From: a virus
IMG/VR virus record: IMGVR_UViG_3300020185_000014
Location: 1-64,000 of that record
DNA length: 64,000 nt
Strand: one strand, 5' to 3'
Every line of letters begins with the position of its first letter. Within the stretch, counting starts at the first letter, position 1. Shown piece by piece: positions 55,745-64,000 of this stretch. The position numbers and the translations under genes are program-made. The notes under the pieces were generated by a model. That model saw nothing but the letters and a program-made list of their open reading frames with translations. It had not been told where the DNA came from and made no database searches.

Positions 55745-57688
55745 TCAAAGTTTCTTGTTGATTTCGTGTATTGCTGATTGATTTCTAATACCGATGTTTT
55801 TAGCATTAGTGACCAGAGATTTTAACTCTTTGATTTCTTGTCTCAGTTTAGCGATCTCGTCAAGGTCGACCGCGGATGGCGTTTCTTGTACAGTATTAGT
55901 TACACTCGTCAATTTAGTTCCGCCCTGTTCTAGAACATCAATCCGACTTGAGAGTTTCTTCGCCTCTTCTGCGCTCGCAGATAGAACGGTCAGTTCTTTG
56001 ATCGCTTCGACTAAGACCGGAATCACCCCTTCGTATTTGACGGCAAGTTTTCCGTCGGTCGGACGTTTAACCACAATGTCCGGAATGACTTTAATAACTT
56101 GTTGAGCGAGTAACCCGATGTCGTGCCGTCTAACATAATATCCATCAATCCCGCCGCGCTGGTGTATAACTTCCTCGGTCCAGTCGAAAGAAATGCCGTC
56201 GAGTTGCCTAATGACTTCGAGGGGGTTCGGTATTCTTCTAATGTTTTCTTTCATCGTTATATCAGAAGATGAATATGCAACCACGTTCGAGGCAGACCTA
56301 ATCTCTCCAGATGCAACTATAGTTCCACCCGTACCCTGCGTTGTAATTGAACCAGTGATTTGAATATTACCATCACCGGTGATGTCGTTAGAATTTACAT
56401 CCAATCCACCGCCTAACTGTGGTGTTGTATCCTCAACAACACTAGCGATACCGGAGCTCGTATTGCCGACCAGATCAGCGCTATTCAACCATTCGCCGTT
56501 CGAATATTTCAAAACTTGACCGTCGGACGGATTCGTGATAGTAACGTCACCGATATTTTCTAGATTGTCAATAACTGCATCGGGCACAGATGTTAAGTAA
56601 TTCTGATTGGCGACCCATGTTGTTGTAGCATAAGATGCAAGATCGGTTGCTATTAGGTAATTCTGCTCGCCAACCCATGTTTCGGTCGCGTATCCGCTAG
56701 GAATACTGGTTAAGTAATTTTGCTCGCCGACCCATGTTTCGGTCGCGTATCCGCTAGGAATACTGGTTAAGTAATTTTGCTCGCCGACCCATGTTTCGGT
56801 TGCATAATCCTGATCAATTACCCAATTTTGCAAAGAATCTAATCCATCGGATAATGAGGTGAGTGCCGCGCTCGGGTCAAAATTACCAGCGTGGTAAATT
56901 ACGTTTTCAGTTATGCCATCAATCGTATGTACGAATCCATTGGCGTCCGGCGTCCAAATCGCAACCTTATCCGCAACATCATTCTCTGCCTTGATATACA
57001 ACCTCAGATCTTCGCTTCCTGGATTTAAAACATCAGCATAAATCCATAAACGATCTCCGCCGCCGGTATCAAAATCATTTAATCCGAACTGCACTCCATT
57101 ATCAGAACCATGAGGAACCTGTATTCTACGATCCGCCCTAAGTTTAGGAATAGCATCTTCGGTGACCAGCGACAACCCAAGACTAGCGGAATCAATATAA
57201 TTTTTATCCAGGACCCATGTTTCGGTTGCTACGCTTGAATAGAAACTAGGATCATCCCCAATCGCCGCAGCAATTTCGTTTAACGTGTCTAGAGTTTCAG
57301 GTGCACCGTCAATCAGATTAGATATTTGAGTCGCTACATAAGTTTCTGTGGCAAAGGTGCTCGAGAAAACAATCTGAGATTCGGCGATGGAAAGATCACT
57401 TTGAAACTGGGTTATATCCGCCGCTAAGAGCCCCGTAGTGTTCCACAGGGCGGTGTTGATATCATACCTAATGAATTGCCCGTCCAGTGGAGTTTCTGCT
57501 TGGACGTCCTGCAGTTCCATCAGGAGAGGCAAATTACCGCCGAGATTAATTTCATTAATCGCCGAAACCAGATCGCTATTCGCAGAGGTTGTTAAACTAA
57601 CCAAGTCACCTTGGTATGCAGCGACTTGGTTAAACTTGATTCGCCAAGAGTTGATTGTGTCTGTTAATTGTGCTGCAACTATTGCCAT
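55745..57688 (-). CDS. Tail fibre/whisker-like protein with a C-terminal S74 intramolecular chaperone domain
   Basis: SSDITMKENI...DIGLLAQQV..VIPDIV; APETLDTLNEIAAA; YATETWV repeats. Confidence 0.8.
   Translation of the reverse strand: MAIVAAQLTDTINSWRIKFNQVAAYQGDLVSLTTSANSDLVSAINEINLGGNLPLLMELQDVQAETPLDGQFIRYDINTALWNTTGLLAADITQFQSDLSIAESQIVFSSTFATETYVATQISNLIDGAPETLDTLNEIAAAIGDDPSFYSSVATETWVLDKNYIDSASLGLSLVTEDAIPKLRADRRIQVPHGSDNGVQFGLNDFDTGGGDRLWIYADVLNPGSEDLRLYIKAENDVADKVAIWTPDANGFVHTIDGITENVIYHAGNFDPSAALTSLSDGLDSLQNWVIDQDYATETWVGEQNYLTSIPSGYATETWVGEQNYLTSIPSGYATETWVGEQNYLIATDLASYATTTWVANQNYLTSVPDAVIDNLENIGDVTITNPSDGQVLKYSNGEWLNSADLVGNTSSGIASVVEDTTPQLGGGLDVNSNDITGDGNIQITGSITTQGTGGTIVASGEIRSASNVVAYSSSDITMKENIRRIPNPLEVIRQLDGISFDWTEEVIHQRGGIDGYYVRRHDIGLLAQQVIKVIPDIVVKRPTDGKLAVKYEGVIPVLVEAIKELTVLSASAEEAKKLSSRIDVLEQGGTKLTSVTNTVQETPSAVDLDEIAKLRQEIKELKSLVTNAKNIGIRNQSAIHEINKKL
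56596..56806. repeat. 57-nt coding tandem repeat (YATETWVGEQNYLTSIPSG), about 3-4 copies
   Basis: GTAATTTTGCTCGCCGACCCATGTTTCGGT recurs at 57-nt spacing. Confidence 0.85.
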
Positions 57689-57915
57689 TACTTATTCTCG
57701 ATTAATTGTAATAGAAGGGTTTTAATCTCGCTGATTTCTTCTTTTAACTCTAAGACAGTTTGATTAATTTCTTCTTGTTCTTGGAGTTTTTTGCGTTTAA
57801 TCAACTTCCTCGCTCGTGCCATTTCTATTTCATGACTGTCAACATTAACATATAATCCGGTTTTATTATTCTTAACAAGTCCAGGAAACCCATCAACTTT
57901 TAAATATTCACTCAT
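57688..57915 (-). CDS. Small coiled-coil hypothetical protein
   Basis: LKVDGFPGLVK...ELKEEISEIKTLL; coupled to the fibre gene. Confidence 0.75.
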   Translation of the reverse strand: MSEYLKVDGFPGLVKNNKTGLYVNVDSHEIEMARARKLIKRKKLQEQEEINQTVLELKEEISEIKTLLLQLIENK

Positions 57916-57918
57916 ATT

Positions 57919-60900
57919 TTATGTCGCCAGGAATTTGATTCTCAGGTCTTTGATCATCGGAACAGCAGATGAATTGGTAGACTTCATGACGATCTTGAAC
58001 TGCGCTCTGTTAAACGAAGGCAACGTACCGCCGATTCCTCCAGGCAATGCTTCTGCCTCGGAGAACGCAGAAGCAGAAGCACTATGTACTAGTCTAGATT
58101 CTGTCGCTATACTTACCCAATTCAAATCTCGAATATTCTGCCCGTCCGTTCCTGTTCTATAATAGACTTCAATATCTGCTTCTGGCGGGAGGTTGTACTT
58201 AAACAACACCTGCGCGCCGACCGCATCATTCACCAAGTCATAGACGTTGGTGATGTGCTTCGCGGCAGCAGTTCCATCCCTCGGGTCTGTCTCTGAAACT
58301 GTATCTAGGTTTGAATTATTATCGATGCAGTTTCCAACCAACGTTAATGAACAACGCTGGAGATCTACCACAGGAGACACATAATCGTTACCGCTCTTCA
58401 AGTCAACCTTAATAGTCGCCGAAGAATTACCAGACATGTATGCAGTTTCGTTTGTTCCGTTTGCTATAATTCTCGGATTGGCGTATGTGTTATTCTCGTT
58501 AGACGAAATCCTGCTGAAGAACGTGTCTTGTACATATTTGGTTTCTGACCCAGATATAGATTTACCTGTGGATAATTTACTCGAAACGACAACAGATGTT
58601 GAGTTCGGAATAATATTATCAGATTTGACATTCAGAACATCAAACTGGATATTTCTTCCTGCGACAACTTTCGTGCCGCCCACATAAGAACTAAGGGTAG
58701 CGCTGGTCCCGACATTAAACGAATATCCATCAATACCTGCCGCTGTAATAGTATGGTTACCATTTAACGCTGAACCTATGATACCGGCATAAGTTGTTGT
58801 GGGCGTTAACCCTGAAATAATCGCCTGTTCGCCGACATCCAAACCGTGACACATGTGTTTCACAGTCACCACATCACTGCCGTTCGTTGTTTTAATTGGG
58901 TTTTCTTTAAGGAGTTTTCCTGGAACACTAGCGTTATTCAGCAATAAACTTCCGTTGGTTTTGAAACTTGCTCTTGACGTCGAGAACATTAAGTTCATCG
59001 CGCCCGAAGGATTCCAAGTAGTGCCAACCTGCGGCATAAAAAATTGACCAGTCGTTTCTTGTGAAGCAACTTTCTTTGACGTCGAACCGAGAACATAGTC
59101 TTTAACGTCACCAACATATATCTTATAATCTGATGAAGGCGAACTGACAACTAATGCATATTCCGTCCAAGGACTCAGGTATATCGGTTCTTCGAATACA
59201 AAGGAAGTTGGACTCGAGGCGACAGTCGCGAGCAAAGTTGAAGACGTTTCAACAACAACATTAACGTCAGCGCTGTTAACCACAACTGATGATCCTGGTA
59301 CAGCAATTTCTGTTGAAGGCGCGCCGTTAATAATTGGTCGAAGTTTCAACATTACGGGAAGATAATCATCCTTCGCGCTGAAGAATAAATCGATCTTCGT
59401 TAAGACCACACCGAACTGATTGTCCACATAAAAACTTTGTGCCATTGGGTTTTCAGATACCGATACCGCGTCAGTCGACGTTAATGACAATTGATTCGTA
59501 TCAGTGTTAACATAGTCGGAAAGAATCGCTGACATGTTTGCTGCATACGTGCTCGGGTTAACACCCGCGACTGCCTGTTGGTTTTCGCCAATTAAATGTG
59601 GTTGTTCCAACATAATATCAGCAGGGTCAATTCCGTCAAGATAGTTTCTTATATCTCTACCTCTGTATGAAATCGGCATTGATGTATTGCTATACACTGC
59701 GGACACTGGTTCAACATCGCGAGTTGAAGTTACATTTTGTTGATTATTATCAAACACACCTGCCGTAGTGTAATGCGCAACCGCTTTACTTCCCGCAGCA
59801 TTATAATCGTTTGTCGTGATATCTAATAGTTTGAATTCTTTTCTACCCGCGCGGAAACGATTAGTCGTCGTAGATGGAATAAAGAAGGAACCAATTATCT
59901 CGCCCTTTTGATCAGAGACCAAAGGAGTAGAACCATCAGGATGACTCACAATACCGAGATCAGCATAAGTTCCGCCAAGGTCATCGTTTGTTTCTGATAC
60001 TCGTACAAAGGTAGATTCTTCACGGCACCAATCGTCAAAACGTTTGCCGTCAAAGAAAGGAATAAATCTAGTGTTGGGTTTCAACCCAGAAACTTTAAAG
60101 AAGACTTTCTTTGAACGAATCCAAGGGACTAAAGCGACATCAACATAATTGTTGCCGTATCGCGTGCGAATAGTTTCTGAAAAGAATACGCGATTAACAT
60201 GCCCTGCAGAAGAATGCCTGTCGCTGGGTTTTGCCGCAGATGACGTGTAAGTATCTTTCGCAGGTAAACCTGCTCGCGCGCCAACGCCGTTTTGATTCCT
60301 AGGGTAAACTGATTCTGCGGGTTGGTGTAAATCTTCTCCACTTCTTCCCGACCAGTTCCATTCCCACTCGTTCCAGAGCAATGCTTCATTTGTATCGAAA
60401 CGTGTTGCTCCATCAATAGCATGATTGGACCCGACTCCCGTCTGCTTCCAATCATCTGAGGCAGGAGAAAGAGTCAACTCGCCCACATATGCATGACTGT
60501 TGAATGGGTTGACCGCAATTGATTTTGATGCGAGTGTGTTAAATTTCCATGACGCAGAGTCATACGACAAATACACATTATCGCCCCGTACCACAACACC
60601 GCTCGACGAACCATTATCGATAACTAACCTGATGTTGTCTTCGTCGAATCCAGGACGTAGAGTTTTGCTTTCGGGATCGATCGCTCCGGAGTATTCTTTC
60701 GAACCAGTATCAGAACCAATTTGATCGCTAAAATCATCAACCACAAATCCAGACTCTAATCTTAACTCTCCGTCTGAATCAAACAATTGAGATAGTTTAC
60801 TTTCCATTTCTAGAAAACTTAACGAGGTAGATTGTTCTAGTTTATCGACTTTGTTTTCTAGATCTCGAATATCCGCCATCGTATATCGTCGATGATCAAC

Positions 60901-63186
60901 TTGAGTGACGCTGATGTCTTTAGCGTCGAACGTATTTGCATTAAGAACAACTTTGTACAATGTCAAAGCATTCTCGGGAGTTGCTTTGAATTTAGGATGT
61001 TCATCTTGCTCACCCATCAGTAACGAGAGTTCACCGTTCTGATCAATCAGCACTTTATCCGCTCTTGGTAAATAGTATTCAACATCCGCAGTTAAGTTAT
61101 TGGTGTTAGGCGGCAACTCTTTAGTGTTAACAAACGTTCCGTCAGCATTTTTGTCTGGGCGAAAATCAATTACATTCCGCAGAGAAACTTTCGTGCCGTC
61201 TGTTTGTGTGTAAGTTGGAATATCTTTATAATCAATACCGCTGAAAGATTGCGAAGAATAAAAATTACCGGAAGACGTTCTTGTAAAATATTTAAACTTA
61301 ACAAAAATCGAAGTCGTCGGAGCGTCAGTCTCTTTTAGGATTAACCGCCCTTGCTCGTAGTAGTTATCTCGCTGTCCGTCGTCTAACGCAAACATAGGAG
61401 ATAGATCTTCGCCGCTAATATCGACAGCTGTAATTTGACTAACCGAGTAAATGTCGAAGAGACCGAGGTCGACATACCGCGTACCGTCCGAACCAGTCGT
61501 TAATGAATACGTTTGCTGATGTTCGACTAAATTCTTCATCGCAACCGCGCCGCTTGAATTGTTCACTACGGCATAGATTGTATAATTGATGTTTAAACTT
61601 AATCCTGATATTTGAGCAGTTCGATTGTTGTTCGAAAGCGTAACCGTCAATGCTTGTCGCGTTGTCGAATCACGGGCAGCGATCCAAGAAGATGTGTCTG
61701 TAAAAGATTCTGTTCCACTAACAGAAATCGTTGCAGTGCCCGATGAATTTGTTAGAGATACGAACGCGCGTTGGGTGTTAATACTGATTGAAGTAATCGA
61801 TCCTGGTCTTGGTCTTGGCAATGAGAACAATAAATTGTCGTTCGCAGCATCTTGCATTTTCAGACCCTGTGCGGATGAAGCAACCACAGTAAAATATTTA
61901 CCTGTGTCTCCGACGCTGCGGATATCTCGTAATTGACCTGTGGTCATAACAACATCAAGAAGATATACTTTTAAATTCGCCCCATGCGTCTCGACCGATT
62001 TGATCTTTGCTGTGCCGGCGGCACCGGTAGCATTTGATGATGTGTATAAATTAACAGAACTGAATAACGATGGTAAACCTTGATTGCCGTCGGCGATTAG
62101 ATAATTTCCATAATCAACATTAATTGAATTGTTTTGTACTGTTTGAGTTTTGGTTGGTTTCGGAAACACTAACCGAGTCGACGATGGCGTGTGCGCTCTA
62201 TGACCTTTAACATATGCAGTACCAGCAGATACCACTAAATCTAATTTAGATGCATCTGTGTTATCTTCCATATGCATAAAGAACGGTTCTGAAATATAAT
62301 TACCAGATTCTTCAAACGTTCTTTGTGCGAGAAGATTTTTGATTTGATTATAACCTTCGAAAGAAGATACAGTATCGACAATGATATTATTCTCAACTGA
62401 CGCAACCTTGATGAAGGTTTCATCTGATTGCACGTCTGATTCTTCAACCAAGACTAAGTTGATTCTGTATCGATCTGCGCCAGGAGATGAAGTGTTCGGG
62501 TTATCGCCAGCATTATCGTACAAAGTAGAATCGTCGTCGACAGTTACAATATCCTGTACTACTTTATATCCAACTGAAGCATTGATACCGCTGCTTGTAT
62601 ATTTGCTCAAGAAAATACTTTGTTTACTAGCATGGACAAAATGACCGACCGCAAAAAAGTCACCCTCGTCGATGGTAAATTCTGTTCCGCTTCCGACTTC
62701 AGAGACGGTCATTGACCAACCGCCGCCGACTAAGATCTCTCCAGGAATAAATTCTGTGGTGGTTGCGCCCGTATTTTCAGTACCCTGTGAAATGTATTGG
62801 ACATAAACTGTATTTGGATCAGAGTTCGCTGCAGAAACAGCAAGGATTATCTTCGCCTCAATTCCCGCAGCACTGCCCGTGACTGTTAATCCAGCGGGTA
62901 TTGCCGAAAAAGAAGTTTGACCAGATGGCGCCGAGAAAGCAGAAATTTTAGCAAACCGTTTCTTCGAGTTAATGTGGGTCGAACCGGCATTAACCGCAGC
63001 GCCGCCTTTAAAGACGTTCTCGCCGAGTCTTTGCATTTCTTTTTGAAGGATAGTTTGAAGTTGCGTTAATTCTCTTGCTTGCAGCGCTTTGCCGCTCCTG
63101 AAAAGAATTTTATGAAATCCTTTTTCTTCGTCCCAATCATCCTTATAGGTTGTTGAGAGAGTATTCTTATTGTACGTCGTTGGCAT
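57919..63186 (-). CDS. Large virion structural protein (DUF4815/VrlC-like)
   Basis: KILFRSGKALQARELTQLQTILQ, PGADRY, RTFEESGNY, PMAQSFYV; follows gp8. Confidence 0.85.
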   Translation of the reverse strand: MPTTYNKNTLSTTYKDDWDEEKGFHKILFRSGKALQARELTQLQTILQKEMQRLGENVFKGGAAVNAGSTHINSKKRFAKISAFSAPSGQTSFSAIPAGLTVTGSAAGIEAKIILAVSAANSDPNTVYVQYISQGTENTGATTTEFIPGEILVGGGWSMTVSEVGSGTEFTIDEGDFFAVGHFVHASKQSIFLSKYTSSGINASVGYKVVQDIVTVDDDSTLYDNAGDNPNTSSPGADRYRINLVLVEESDVQSDETFIKVASVENNIIVDTVSSFEGYNQIKNLLAQRTFEESGNYISEPFFMHMEDNTDASKLDLVVSAGTAYVKGHRAHTPSSTRLVFPKPTKTQTVQNNSINVDYGNYLIADGNQGLPSLFSSVNLYTSSNATGAAGTAKIKSVETHGANLKVYLLDVVMTTGQLRDIRSVGDTGKYFTVVASSAQGLKMQDAANDNLLFSLPRPRPGSITSISINTQRAFVSLTNSSGTATISVSGTESFTDTSSWIAARDSTTRQALTVTLSNNNRTAQISGLSLNINYTIYAVVNNSSGAVAMKNLVEHQQTYSLTTGSDGTRYVDLGLFDIYSVSQITAVDISGEDLSPMFALDDGQRDNYYEQGRLILKETDAPTTSIFVKFKYFTRTSSGNFYSSQSFSGIDYKDIPTYTQTDGTKVSLRNVIDFRPDKNADGTFVNTKELPPNTNNLTADVEYYLPRADKVLIDQNGELSLLMGEQDEHPKFKATPENALTLYKVVLNANTFDAKDISVTQVDHRRYTMADIRDLENKVDKLEQSTSLSFLEMESKLSQLFDSDGELRLESGFVVDDFSDQIGSDTGSKEYSGAIDPESKTLRPGFDEDNIRLVIDNGSSSGVVVRGDNVYLSYDSASWKFNTLASKSIAVNPFNSHAYVGELTLSPASDDWKQTGVGSNHAIDGATRFDTNEALLWNEWEWNWSGRSGEDLHQPAESVYPRNQNGVGARAGLPAKDTYTSSAAKPSDRHSSAGHVNRVFFSETIRTRYGNNYVDVALVPWIRSKKVFFKVSGLKPNTRFIPFFDGKRFDDWCREESTFVRVSETNDDLGGTYADLGIVSHPDGSTPLVSDQKGEIIGSFFIPSTTTNRFRAGRKEFKLLDITTNDYNAAGSKAVAHYTTAGVFDNNQQNVTSTRDVEPVSAVYSNTSMPISYRGRDIRNYLDGIDPADIMLEQPHLIGENQQAVAGVNPSTYAANMSAILSDYVNTDTNQLSLTSTDAVSVSENPMAQSFYVDNQFGVVLTKIDLFFSAKDDYLPVMLKLRPIINGAPSTEIAVPGSSVVVNSADVNVVVETSSTLLATVASSPTSFVFEEPIYLSPWTEYALVVSSPSSDYKIYVGDVKDYVLGSTSKKVASQETTGQFFMPQVGTTWNPSGAMNLMFSTSRASFKTNGSLLLNNASVPGKLLKENPIKTTNGSDVVTVKHMCHGLDVGEQAIISGLTPTTTYAGIIGSALNGNHTITAAGIDGYSFNVGTSATLSSYVGGTKVVAGRNIQFDVLNVKSDNIIPNSTSVVVSSKLSTGKSISGSETKYVQDTFFSRISSNENNTYANPRIIANGTNETAYMSGNSSATIKVDLKSGNDYVSPVVDLQRCSLTLVGNCIDNNSNLDTVSETDPRDGTAAAKHITNVYDLVNDAVGAQVLFKYNLPPEADIEVYYRTGTDGQNIRDLNWVSIATESRLVHSASASAFSEAEALPGGIGGTLPSFNRAQFKIVMKSTNSSAVPMIKDLRIKFLAT

Positions 63187-63194
63187 ATGTCACC

Positions 63195-64000
63195 TTACAG
63201 TTTAATTACAACTTTAACATCTTCAGTTTGATTTGGATCTCTAGTCACTGCCGCGATGTTGTTAATATAAATCATGTCACCAGAATATATATCAATATCT
63301 GGAGCAATGATTCCACCGGCCGGAAGCAATGTTCCTGACCCAGATCCCGCCCCCTCTTCTGCAGATATTGTTTCCCCTGCGTTAAAAGGCGTGAAACCTG
63401 TTGTTTGATTTTGATAGATCCACGCCATAGTATCATAATGAACCAAGTATGCTTTAGCGCCGGAAGTTTGCCCGACGATTACGCGGTCGCTCAAGAAATC
63501 ATTGGTTACACTAGCAAATTGTAATTTCTGCATGGCATTACCAGATTGATCGGTAAAATTCGCACCAAGAACTGAATTGTATTCTTTGGGGTTTTTAATT
63601 AATGCGACTTGTCTAAAATCATTTTCGGAAAGTATCGTACCGTTTTCTGTGTTTTCAAAATCCGAGTGAAACATCAACGCGTCGCATCGTAATGATTTAG
63701 TCGGGTCTGCTGAAACTCCAGCAGACGGTCCAAGAACAGCACGAACAGAAGCGCCGGATCCATTTCCAATGACCGTAACTTTAGAATTTTTATAACCCGA
63801 ACCATTTAAAACATTACCCGCACCGTCTAAATCTAATTTAACATGCGTAATTACACCGCCAGATAAATTTGCAGTAGCGCTCGCGCCGATGCCGCCCTCG
63901 GTAAAAACCAAATTAACGGTTCCGCTGTAACCCGATCCACCATCCAACACTTCAACACCGAGAATCGCGCCGGAGACTGCATCATCTTGTAATCTTTTTT
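63195..64000 (-). CDS. gp8: Baseplate wedge subunit gp8, C-terminal part (start outside window)
   Basis: NDFRQVALIKNP...YSGDMIYINN...RDPNQTEDVKVVI; the frame stays open to the window edge. Confidence 0.85.
   Translation of the reverse strand, partial: KRLQDDAVSGAILGVEVLDGGSGYSGTVNLVFTEGGIGASATANLSGGVITHVKLDLDGAGNVLNGSGYKNSKVTVIGNGSGASVRAVLGPSAGVSADPTKSLRCDALMFHSDFENTENGTILSENDFRQVALIKNPKEYNSVLGANFTDQSGNAMQKLQFASVTNDFLSDRVIVGQTSGAKAYLVHYDTMAWIYQNQTTGFTPFNAGETISAEEGAGSGSGTLLPAGGIIAPDIDIYSGDMIYINNIAAVTRDPNQTEDVKVVIKL

Noticed and set aside
1559-63338. Numerous short plus-strand and alternate-frame ORFs in the track
   Set aside because: They are shadows of well-supported minus-strand genes and show no recognisable motifs.
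1-64000. tRNA or rRNA genes
   Set aside because: Intergenic gaps are short and none showed a cloverleaf by eye; tRNAscan-SE was not run.

Overview
This window is a 64-kb segment of a T4-like myovirus genome, with a gene set resembling marine T4-like phages. Almost all genes are on the minus strand. In transcription order (right to left) it contains: baseplate and fibre genes (partial gp8, a DUF4815/VrlC-like protein, an S74-chaperone fibre, Ig-like and 'IDSDYINAR'-repeat proteins, an S8 protease); an 8-kb array of 11 paralogous genes, five with six-bladed Kelch-like propellers; a tandem 2OG-Fe(II) oxygenase; the neck, terminase, tail and head core (gp13-gp23, gp3) with two inserted fibre-gene pairs; then uvsY, uvsW, gp55, gp47, gp46, gp45, gp44, gp62, regA and the start of hsp20. 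The stand-out feature is a cassette between gp46 and gp45: TET/JBP dioxygenase, GalE epimerase, probable glycosyltransferase, UDP-galactopyranose mutase and a small Cys-rich ORF. It suggests DNA hypermodification with a furanose sugar (galactofuranosyl-hydroxymethylpyrimidine). Two further observations fit this: a C-terminal sliding-clamp-type motif on the TET, and strong depletion of RGCY in the regions tallied by hand. A ROSE-type RNA thermometer precedes hsp20. All calls come from motif recognition and synteny; no database searches were run.
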